NCBI GenBank assembly: GCA_002633005.1
Contig: NMRA01000235.1
Span: forward strand, 174,808 to 238,807
Direction of reading: 5' to 3'
Source: Phoronis australis
Taxonomy: Eukaryota > Animalia > Phoronida
Length of the DNA stretch: 64,000 bases
Numbering within the stretch: the stretch's first letter is position 1; every line of letters starts with the position of its first letter. This document shows, piece by piece, positions 53,620 through 64,000 of this stretch. The notes beneath the pieces were generated by a model. That model had not been told where the DNA came from, searched no databases, and worked only from the letters and a program-made list of their open reading frames with translations. Made by a program: the position numbers and the translations under genes.

Positions 53620-55022
53620 TATCAGGGAGGGACTGCTAGTCTAAACTTGCTGGGGCTTCTGGCAATATCTATCACAAGTTAGGCCTACCCAAAGACCAAC
53701 AACCCTGCCCAGCGGACACTGTTGGTATACCAAACACTAAGCAACAGGGAAGGTAGGCAGTACTGTAGCCGTAGTTTGATGAAACCATGATGAATGAAGT
53801 CATCTGGAAATTTACTCGGTCATTCGGACTCGGTTTGTGTCTCAGACTCTCAGAGCGACCGGGACAGAAAAATTAAACTTTTACCTCCTGATGAAAGGTG
53901 CGCCGAGGACCATAGGATCGACCACAACGACCAGAAGATATGTCCTCGTATCATCCTGCCACCATTATCGCAGCGTTCAGAAAAATATCTTAATTGTTAA
54001 ATTCCATGGTGTACAGCATGCCGCGAACGTCAATCACGGCCTTTATTATTGTTTATTCTCGCTGATTCTCCTACCTCGCGAGATATGTTCTTCCGTACAA
54101 GAAGTACGAAAAGTGTCAGTGGATGTTTTTGTCACCGGCGAAGCGGTAGCCTAAGCATGTAAGGATTGTAAGGTGGTGGAATAATAAACCCATAAATATT
54201 CCGACGTTAGATCTAGAAATCTACAGCTGTAGACGATAAATCAAACTATGAGCACAATGGTGCAATTTTCTTCTTACTTTTAACACTACACCTGTCTACT
54301 GTCTTTTGTCTCGTGTTTTACTTTATCTGACGTTTATTTGTTTAGCCAGGTCAGGCTCTGTCGAGTCAGACATCACACCATAGACTATAGATACTTTACT
54401 AATATCTATGATCACACAGCCATGAGTCCCTGTGTAGCTGGGGATGCCGAAACTTGGCAAATGACTCAGATACTTGTTGGCCAAGTAACATGTAGCCTCT
54501 CCGCTGACTGATGAAGGGAACAACTAACCATTGTTGGTTATCTGACTGTAGCCCACTAACTTCATCTGATGTATTTTGAATGCGTGGTTGCCTACATCCA
54601 GTCAACTAGTATTAGTAATAAGAGGCTTTCAGTTTCACCTCGTCAAAATATAGTTTACACTACAAACTGTCCCTTAAAAGGTGGAATATTCACTGAACCT
54701 TTCTAGTTGTATGCATATATCCTCGATTCGATAAAGCAATTCCACAGGAATTAAGAGTTAACTTTGGCTCAAGCTTTTTGGCCGCCATTAACTTTTTCGC
54801 TGCACAAATTAACCAGAAAGTGTTTAAGTTGCGCTGGACACGGCGGTTAATAAAGTTGCTGTGGGAGTTATCCGGTAGAATTCGTAAGACTTGTCTCCCT
54901 TGTACTTTGGCTAACTACACAGATGTACATAACTAAACAACTTGAATCAAACTTTGATATGACGTGCATCAGTTTCTTGTACTTGTTTCAGTTTGCTAAA
55001 GCAATGCATTCTGGGTAGAGCG

Positions 55023-58000
55023 ATGGTGGATTCCAACAGACAGACTGCCAGCAATGCAAAGCTAGAAAGAGAACTTCAGGTACAAATGTTTAACCTTTGG
55101 CCTTTTCAGGGGTTCGTCAAGATTTTGGCAGTCTGCAGTATTTATAAATTTTTGAACTATGGAATTTCAAATTTTTGTTTTGAACACTAGTTGGAAAACG
55201 ACATGAGAGTTATGAAAATGGAATTTAGTCATGTTTTTGATGACATTTATTTTCCTGTTAATTTCTTTTTCCTAAATTTTAATGACCCAATAAATGGCAG
55301 ATTACTAAAGTCACATCCCAAATTCTACAAGCTTTCTACTTGCAGAAAATATCTTACTGACTTGAAATCCATTCAAAATTTTTTGGCTGAATGTGGAACT
55401 TTGTATGTATATACCTGACATCTATTGAGCACTGTGTGAACTTGGTTATTAATTCTTCCCAGAACTGGAAATTATGTCCAGTGTGTGCAGGGAGGAAATT
55501 TTGAGGCAACGATGCTGTATTGTACTGATACTGTATTGTACTGTTACTGTATTGTACTGATACTGTATTGTACTACACTGTATTGTACTGATACTGTACT
55601 GTACTACACTGTATTGTACTGATACCATGCGTGCACCCAGCCTTAAAAATGGGGGTCTCGAATTCAGTGGATGTGGACCTTTTGCTGACAAAACATCAAG
55701 AGAAATAATAAATGGGGTACCACATTCAGAGCTGTGCGTCTGTGTCTTTTTAGTGGACTTTTTTTCTCGGACTTTTTGTTTCTTTGAGGTGGACGTTTTT
55801 GCCCACTTCGCCAAATGGGGGGGCTCGTTTGAGCCCCCCGAGCCCCCCCTGGGTGCACGCATGGATACTGTACTGCACTACACTGTATTGTACTGATACT
55901 GTATTGTACTACACTATATTATACTGATACTGATTGTACTACATTGTATTGTACTGATACTGTTATTGTACTACACTGTTGCAAATGGTCTGCTTGAGAC
56001 TCCAGCAGCCTGTTCACAATTGTCGAAAGGTCAGGCTTTAGAAATGATTGATGGTCTGGGACCTCAGTGTAAATATGCTCTTCATACTCCGTGTTTGGGA
56101 GACCATATACTGTGGCTAGACTTAAGACATATTGAGGGTAAACATTACACTCGTAATTGTGATGTTTTTTTTTTGCATTTCTGATAGTTAAGATCGAATT
56201 AGGTAGTGATTTGATATTGAATTTTTCAGGCGTCACAAGAAGAGAATGCTAAACTCCGTCATGATCTAAGGGAGACAAGGTCACTGTACAACCAACTTGT
56301 AAATGAGTCATCTCACGAGAAGTTTGACGAACGACGTGTCAACTTCCTCAAAGGCCAAATTGTTCAGTTGGAACGCCAGGTGGGCCCTAGATTGTTGAAG
56401 CTGGTATACACCCACCTTACGTCCAAAATCTGGTCTCAAATTGTTCCTTACTCAGAGTCAGAGACAGAAGCGACAATTAGTTAGTGCTCATGAGCACGCT
56501 CAGTTCTGTGAATTAGCGGCAATATTGAGCCTCGTCTGTGGTAGCAATATTGAGCCTCGTCTGTAGTAGCAATATTGAGCCTCGTCTGTAGTAGTAGCAA
56601 TACTGAGCCTCATCTGTAGCAGTAGCAATATTGAGCCTCGTCTGTAGTAGTAGCAATATTGAGCCTCGTCTGTAGTAGCAATACTGAGCCTCGTCTGCAG
56701 TAGTAGCAATATTGAGCCTCGTCTGTAGTAGTAGCAATACTGAGCCTCGTCTGTAGTAGTAGCAATACTGAGCCTCGTCTGTAGTAGTAGCAATACTGAG
56801 CCTCGTCTGCAGTAGTAGCAATACTGAGCCTCGTCTGCAGTAGTAGCAATACTGAGCCTCGTCTGCAGTAGTAGCAATATTGAGCCTCGTCTGTAGTAGT
56901 AGCAATACTGAGCCTCGTCTGTAGTAGTAGCAATACTGAGCCTCGTCTGTAGTAGTAGCAATACTGAGCCTCGTCTGCAGTAGTAGCAATACTGAGCCTC
57001 GTCTGCAGTAGTAGCAATACTGAGCCTCGTCTGCAGTAGTAGCAATACTGAGCCTCGTCTGTAGCAGTAGCAATACTGAGCCTCGTCTGTAGTAGTAGCA
57101 AACCAATGAACTGATGGTTCTTCCATAGATCAGAAATATAATCTATTTCTCAGCAAGGAACAGGTTGAGACAAGTATAATAGTGGTGAAAGGGGCAACTC
57201 TAATTTTTTTCGACAGAACACATGTTTATTGTTGCTCTAAACACTTTTGTGAGTTCTTCACTTTTTGCTGCAGCATGATCTGCTACTGAAAAGTTGGATT
57301 TATGATTGTCATAAGATAAAAGCAATTATAACAGATCTCATCTTGAATGTTAGAAAAATATTATTAAACACTTTTTGCTTTGGTATGACTGCACTTTTCA
57401 AAAACATTACCAATAAATGGTCATGTGATCCAAAAATAGCAGAATTCCTGGCTCTAATATCTTTCTGAATTATTTATACGTTTTATATAGCCATTGAGTT
57501 AAATTGATTTGTTTAATTTGTAGCTTTGTAATCATTTGGCCAGACATAAGGATGGTCCTTCTCACTTCCGGAAATGGATATATGTTGCCCAGTCATCCAA
57601 CATGTTGCTCCAATCTTTCTATTCTCATTACTTTGTGGAAAACAATTTTCCTCACTAGCAAGTCATTGGATGGCTTGATACCAAGGTCTTGTGACTTTTC
57701 GATTCCTTTTGATGGAAGACATCAATCTATATGCTGAAAGAGGGAAGGGCACTCTTTAAATTAAATGAGAGAATTTCATTTAAGTTTGACACTGACTCTT
57801 TCTAATTCCTATGCATGGCAGATGATCTTAGTCATTGTGATTTTAGAGTTGTGAGGTTTGGTTACATTAAGGGTCACCCTGAACTCACATTTCCATTAAT
57901 GCATTGCTAGGTGATGATATTGTCGGAGGCGCTGAGTTCAAGGTCATCAGTAACTATTGAGGTCGAGGGAACGCTAAGTGCTGTTGCGGATAGTTGCAGG

Positions 58001-61000
58001 TTTGGATTCTGATAATAACACTTAATGAATAATAACACTTAATGAATAATAACACTTAATGAATAATACACTTAATGAATAACAACATATCTTAACGCAC
58101 CGTCTTCATATGTACGCAGTGAAATCACATGCAATCTGCCGAATGAAGACTCGCAGTTTGCCCAGGAATTCTGACCAATATGAGTGGTGTGGTGACCACT
58201 CTGGACTGTCAATCACAATCAAAAAATGTTAAAGCAGCATCTTACTCTAACTTGAGTGATAACCAACTTGGCTCCTCCCTCATCTTGTTGTGTTGTGAGT
58301 GATAACCAACTTAGCTCCTCCCTCATCTTGTTGTCTTGCTTTACGCCTACATGTACTATGGCGGCATGTCTTGATGACATAGCAGCTGCAACCAGTATCT
58401 TCATACAGTATTGGTGAAGGAACTATTCAATGGATGATTCTTGTATTAAGTTCTAATCAAGACATTCTAACTTGTGTAATAAGCCCTAAATGCAACATGC
58501 ACTGACTCAGAAGTTTGTTATTTCGATACTGAATAGAGTCAAGTGTGGGGTGCAGTGGAACTTTATGTAAATGTTTAGAACCTAGAGTTGCTGCTTTCAC
58601 TACTGATAAATTACAAGTCCTCATTTTAAGTGCAAGAATGGATATCTTGAGATTGTGTTGTCCTAAGTCATCATATATCGTTGTGCTGTTTTCTCCTGGC
58701 TTACTGGTTGCTGTGGTGTTATGTTTTCATTACTGCAGGTCTTGGATTACCAAGGAAGAGTCTGGACCAACAGTGTCTGTTCCCCGAGCAGGTCTGACCA
58801 AGCTGGTCCAGAGTGTGGAGTCAACTCGACTTAGGCTGTGTAAGAATAATGAGGTATGACAGAGACCATCAGCGGCTATTGTATCAAGGTGCAGTTAATA
58901 AGAAACACTGACAATATTCACTAGTAAGGGCTAATGGAGAATAGAGGAAGCAGTGTGGCATTGTGGGATTGTTGTCCGCTTCCTTTACTCAGGTCATGGG
59001 TTAGAATCCCACTGGAGCACACCACTAAAGCTGGCCTGGGTATGTGTGGTACAATGTGTACCAGATTGCTTGCAGTTATTTTTATTATTGAGAATGAATG
59101 TTTTTTGTGAGAGCAAACCTTCCCTGGTGTGAGGGTTTATTGGGTAATTGGATGATGTAGCTTCCATGATGCTGGCTTCACAAGCGCTACCTGGTGTATT
59201 TTGAACTTTTGTTTTTATAAAATGCAGCTAGGTGTCTCTGCAGTTCAGTGTTCTCTTTATTTTTGCAACAGTTTTTTTCTGAACTCGTCAAAATGAATGT
59301 GTTTTTAGACTTTGATGATGTTTTTAGACTGAGTGAACTATTTCATAAAACGTGACTCAGAAATTTGGACATACACTTCTCACAACTATTTCTGAAAAAT
59401 AATTGAAATTCACTAATTGTGCAAAGTCTCTAAGGATACACGCGTAACTGCTTGTTAATGAGATATTTTATATGACATTATGTTTATGATGCTCTCATAA
59501 TTACTTGCAAGGGTTAAACTTTTTTCATCAATTTTGAAGTGTTAGACCAAGTTTCTGTATTTAGTCACTGTCATGAAACTGACCCCTGGTCAGAAACAAG
59601 GACCAATCAAAGTGATTCATGTACCAATCAAAGTGATTCATGGACCAATCAAAGTGATTCTTGAACTAATCAAAGTGATTCTTGAACCAATCAAAGTGAT
59701 TCGTGGACCAATCAAATAAATTCATGGGCCAATCCCACTGTGCATTCACAATCATGAAGAGCTGTCTGAATATTATACATAGGGGGCGCTTATGTAGTGT
59801 GATGGCAGGCTGCATTATTCTTGTTTTCTTTCAGATTTTATTGTTTTTTAAGTATAATGAGATTTTATATGTTAACAACTGAATCTTGTCTGTTATGAGT
59901 CATTGTCGTGAACTTGATTGATGGGCACTTCTTTGTGTTACAGGACATCTCTCCTGAAGTCGTCAATCAACAGCCTCTCTTTACCAGTCAGTATGTGAAG
60001 ACTGGTCATCCAGTCACACTTATGGACATGTGCAGTGGACGTCTTGACCATCTTAATCTGAAGCATGTGGTAAGATAATAACAGAGTAATGAAGAGACTG
60101 ACCATCTGACTTGTCTCAGGGAGTTTGTTGTTCTGACAGAATGGCAGAAATCACAGCAAACTATAGTGAACATTGTTTAACACAAATGAACAGGAAAAAA
60201 CATGAGCTCAACCTGCAGGGAACACCGGGGAATATTTTCCCTTACTAATAGCTGGTGAATTCAGCTCTGTGTTCCCTTTGAACATTGGCCTGTTCAACAC
60301 GGCATTTTTCCAAATCATGTGGCAAATATATGCAAAGTTTCACTTTATAGTTAACTGGAAAAAACATTGAACCATTTTCTGTTGACAGGAAACAACAAAA
60401 AATACAATCATGTTTAACGAGTTTGGTTATTCCTCACTGCTTGTTCTGGATAAAGCAGTGAAAAACTCTATGCTGGGCAATAAAACACACTGGGGGAGGG
60501 ATTCGTTTTAAAAACTGGAGTAATCCTGTACTCAGGCACTAGAAATATACACTTTGTGTACGCTCATTGTGTCAGTTTAGAAACTGTGTGTCATTCTGTG
60601 AAGATTATGTCATAGATTAGTGTGTCAACACGCTGTTGGGAAGTAATGGTATCTGTGTGCCATCTAACAGATGACTTAGGTGGAGTGAACACCGGGGTGT
60701 GTTGAGACTGGTAATTGTTTATCTAGTCTGTGGATTGGTTTTTACCGCTGGTAATGGAAGAAACTAAAACAAACATAACGCTTGTTTGTATTGAGATGTC
60801 CAGAGATGATGTCAAGATATGCACATAATGCTGAATATATTGTGTTGAAAATTTAAATTGTACGACCTTTAACCTTTGTGCGTTAACAACTTCTTTACAT
60901 GTTGGTAATGCTGCTGCTGATTCATTAACTGTGAAAATATACTTACAGGAGGTTTGGTTGTGAATCAAGAAAATAGGCGTGATTCTACTTTTTCTGGTAA

Positions 61001-62045
61001 AAGTTTTCATTGCGTCCAATTGCAGGCAAAGCTTGAGTCAAAGCTATGTCAGCTCTACAAGAAATTGCTTCTTCTCCTCCAATCACTCACCACGGTGACG
61101 TCACCTGACCCGAGCTGTCCAATCAGTGAACATGTGATGAAAGCAACCAATGAAAGACTGGCAGGCCATGTGGCCAGGTCATGTGATCTGTTGTTGGAGA
61201 CGTGCCAAGACTTGTTGGCAGTGTCGGTCCTCGTACCATCAGCACCGTGGGTAAATTGTGGACATTTGCTTTTGTGTGGATGGATTAGTTGTTGTCCAGA
61301 GTTACGTCAGTGCAGTTGTGTGCAGGACACATTGTTTCAATGTGAATAATGCAAAAATAATGACAGGTGTTGTCAACAGTACACTTCATGAAAATTTGCC
61401 AACAACAATAATTCTCCATTGTCATTTTCCACTTTTCAATACCGGATTATGGTGCTGCAAATAATGGCAAATTTTCCAGATGTTAATTGTTTTGTGATTT
61501 CTGAATAGTGAAAATGAAGTTAAAACAGTAAGTGGAATAAGTGCAGCTTTGTTTTGAATTATAATAATTCTTAGTCATTGAAAGTCATTTCCAGAAATAC
61601 AGGAGGTCAAAGATCAACCAGTTCCTCGCCTGATTTCAGTTGGCCATCTCATTTTCTTATTAAAAGAATATTTAGTTCTGGTCATAGAGCTAATTGTCTT
61701 AAAACTTTTCATCTTGGATCCTAGCAAATACCTTAAACATCTTCATAGAGACATTTATTGGATTATGTTAGTTGTCAAAATGCATCTATTCCTCCATGTT
61801 TACTGACTACCCTCCCCCCATTTACACCCCATTTCCCCATGTGCACTCTGCCTTTTATCTTCACTTATCTTCACTCTCTCACATTTCAGCCTCCCTTGTC
61901 AAAGGTCTTTGTTGCTGATCTGACTGTTGAGAAAATACTCTCGACCCTGCCTAACTTCCCACGGTCTCGCCAGAAGGAAGGTCGTGACCTTGTCCAGGCC
62001 TTGTTGAAAGCCATGAACTACTCTGTTCACATGCACTCTTTACAG
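55023..62045 (+). CDS. Uncharacterised protein with N-terminal coiled coil, 3'-incomplete; exons 55023-55079, 56230-56379, 57911-57999, 58739-58853, 59944-60069, 61026-61250, 61890-62045
   Basis: Seven GT-AG exons join in one open frame (306 codons): MVDSNRQTASNAKLERELQ/ASQEENAKLRHDLRETRSLYNQLVNESSHEKFDERRVNFLKGQIVQLERQ/VMILSEALSSR...CR/SWITKEE...KNNE/DISPEV...LDHLNLKHV/AKLESKLCQLYKKL...LLAVSVLVPSAPW/PPLSKV...KAMNYSVHMHSLQ. An acceptor at 54991 implies an upstream 5' exon. Family not recognised. Confidence 0.85.
55515..55980. repeat. Low-complexity tactgtattgtac(tga/tac) satellite interrupted by a MITE
   Basis: Repeated 16-18-nt units on both sides of the element at 55626-55863. Confidence 0.85.
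55626..55863 (-). mobile_element. MITE family A, copy 3, with 5-bp TSD
   Basis: Perfect TIR catgcgtgcacccag ... ctgggtgcacgcatg flanked by gatac on both sides. Confidence 0.85.
56519..57100. repeat. 28-bp minisatellite (with 25-bp variants), about 21 copies
   Basis: Unit agtagtagcaata(c/t)tgagcctcgtctg(t/c). It explains the three repetitive minus-strand ORFs. Confidence 0.97.
58012..58082. repeat. 19-bp tandem repeat, about 4 copies
   Basis: Unit aataacacttaatgaat(aat). Confidence 0.85.
58950..59025 (+). mobile_element. Possible decayed tRNA-derived SINE head
   Basis: A-box-like gtggcattgtgg and B-box-like gggttagaatccc. Confidence 0.35.
59601..59735. repeat. 21-bp minisatellite, about 6 copies, most units containing CCAATCA
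   Basis: Unit ggaccaatcaaagtgattc(a/t)t. Confidence 0.85.
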
Positions 62046-63698
62046 GTTTGTTGGTTTCTTATTGGTCACCTTGCCAAAGTTCAAAGGTTCAGAGTACTTT
62101 ATTGTTTTATGGTCTTTGACCAAATGATGTCACTTTTCAGAAATTGAAAATAAAATATTCAAAATAAGTGTTGACTTATCAATTTGGGTTACTGTGGTTA
62201 CTTGAAATGAGAGTTGACGTCTGAGGGTCACCTTTAGTGTGAGCTACTCCGCATGCATATGTTGAACAAACTATTCCAAATTCTTCTGAATTGAAAAGTT
62301 ATGTGTTCGTAATTCTTAAAAGCGTTTTCAAACTTGTATGTTCAGTTTTAACTTTTCTTTCATAGCTTGAAATTTTTTATCTATGCTTTGTTTGGTTTGT
62401 GTTTTGCGGTGAAATCTCTTGCTTTGCCTTTTAAGGTTATGCAGGACTTTAGTTTGACTAATTTTGGACATTATATCTTAGAAGTGTCAGATTCTTGTGA
62501 AACTTTCAGAGATTGTGCTTTATACACTTATGAGAATTGATTTTAAATTTTCCACTTTTGGTTGAGGGGCTATCAAAAACAGGTCTTTATAAATATTATA
62601 AAAAACAAAAATTACATANCTGCCTAACTTCCCACGGTCTCGCCAGAAGGAAGGTCGTGACCTTGTCCAGGCCTTGTTGAAAGCCATGAACTACTCTGTT
62701 CACATGCACTCTTTACAGGTTTGTTGGTTTCTTATTGGTCACCTTGCCAAAGTTCAAAGGTTCAGAGTACTTTACTGTTTTATGGTCTTTGACCAAATGA
62801 TGTCACTTTTCAGAAATTGAAAATAAAATATTCAAAATAAGGGTTGACTTATCAATTTGGGTTACTGTGGTTACTTGAAATGAGAGTTGACATCTGAGGG
62901 TCTCCTTTAGTGTGAGCTACTCCGCATGCATATGTTGAACAAAAAAATTCGCAGATTGGAGTTGAAGCTCGTGAGTGTGAACTTCATGTGTTTTGGGAAA
63001 TCAAATGAGCAGCCACACTAATATGTTACGTACTGCTGTTACCGGCTGTATATTAGTTAAATTATTTACTGAGCACGGGTGATTAACAGTGAAACATTAG
63101 GGGTTGGATTTTTATCTGAACATGGACGTTAATACCGTTATGTATGGTGTATAAGTTACCACAGTTTTTTAAGTTATTGTTTTTGTGACTCACAACAGCC
63201 ATGTGCTGTGTAACAAACAATACGAAGGCTTGGTGGCCTATCTAGAATGTGGTTGTCATGACCTCTTCAAGTCCAATTGGAAATCAGTTTTAAAATTAAA
63301 GTTAGTTGAAAACTAAAGTACGAAAAGTATTGTGTGCGATTCTATCATTCTGCTCATCTTGGTAATCAAACTATTCCAAATTCTTTTGAATTGAAAAGTC
63401 ATGTGTTCGTAATTCTTAATAGCGTTTTCAAACTTGTATGTTCAGTTTTAACTTTTCTGTCATAACTTGAATTTTTTTATCTACGCTTTGTTTGGTTTGT
63501 GTTTTGAGGTGAAATCTCTTGCTTTGCCTTTTAAGGTTATAATTTTGGACAACATATCTTAGAAGTGTCAGATTCTTGTGAAACTTTCAGAGATTGTGCT
63601 TTATACACTTATGAGAATTGATTTTAAATTTTCCACTTTTGGTTGAGGGGCTATCAAAAACAGGTCTTTATAAATATTATAAAAAACAAAAATTACAT
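61947..63698. other. Duplicated segment across the single N at 62619; the second copy carries an extra block of about 430 bp; probable second haplotype
   Basis: About 61947-62270 recurs at 62620-62943, and about 62268-62618 recurs at 63367-63698, with scattered SNPs and small indels. Confidence 0.8.
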
Positions 63699-64000
63699 AA
63701 AACGGAAAGGAGCAGATGATTTATAAAATTTTGACAGCATTTTTGAGTTTAACATTTATATCAAACGAAATTTGTTAATGTTTCCTATGAATGTTCCTTT
63801 CTTTTTTGATATTTTGGTAGAAAAATATGGTCACATGTCCCTATAAATGACAGATGATAATCATATTCTACAGAACCTTTACCTTGAGAAAATACATTTT
63901 TAGTGTTTAGTATTTAATCTATAGTTTTTATTAGTGTTGTTGACCAGGCCCTTCATAATCTCCATTAGTCTAGAGAGTGTTCTAAGTGACATGGTATTAA

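Noticed and set aside
53837-54154. 105-aa ORF faintly resembling a Tc1 transposase N-terminus
   Set aside because: Similarity is limited to a few residues, with no DDE region or TIRs.
36058-57100. Regular 19-33-bp repeats as possible CRISPR arrays
   Set aside because: Units are head-to-tail with no unique spacers, there are no cas genes, and the context is eukaryotic intron.
56500-57126. Three overlapping minus-strand ORFs of 163-208 aa
   Set aside because: Produced by a 28-bp repeat that cycles through all three frames without a stop.
62955-63008. Possible terminal exon (cag|IGVEARECELHVFWEIK*) of the uncharacterised gene
   Set aside because: Poor polypyrimidine tract, and it lies in a block present in only one of the two duplicated copies.

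Overview
AT-rich animal genomic DNA from a draft scaffold, probably a bilaterian invertebrate such as a mollusc or other lophotrochozoan. It has one 297-N gap and several single-N joins. Five spliced genes were reconstructed by reading exons and GT-AG sites by eye: DDA1 (+, 539-4897, ATG exon outside or at the window edge), a short SPAG8 orthologue (+, 9415-14517), RPS17 (+, 20135-25243), a CSPG4/NG2/kon-tiki orthologue (-, about 43530-28643, about 2400 aa, ending in QYWV), and an unrecognised coiled-coil/helical protein gene (+, 55023 to beyond 62045, 3' end not found). Introns and spacers hold many non-autonomous DNA transposons: a 900-bp element with 272-bp TIRs and a 9-bp TSD, a 91-bp perfect hairpin with an 8-bp TSD, and two CATG-ended MITE families with 5-bp TSDs. 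There are also Penelope and LINE relics, tRNA-derived SINE heads and minisatellites. Most short ORFs in the supplied track are spurious. I found no convincing new multi-gene system. The best leads are the uncharacterised gene, the young TE families, a triplicated splice donor in SPAG8 and a possible antisense first exon inside SPAG8. Two duplications next to single Ns look like haplotype-overlap assembly artefacts.
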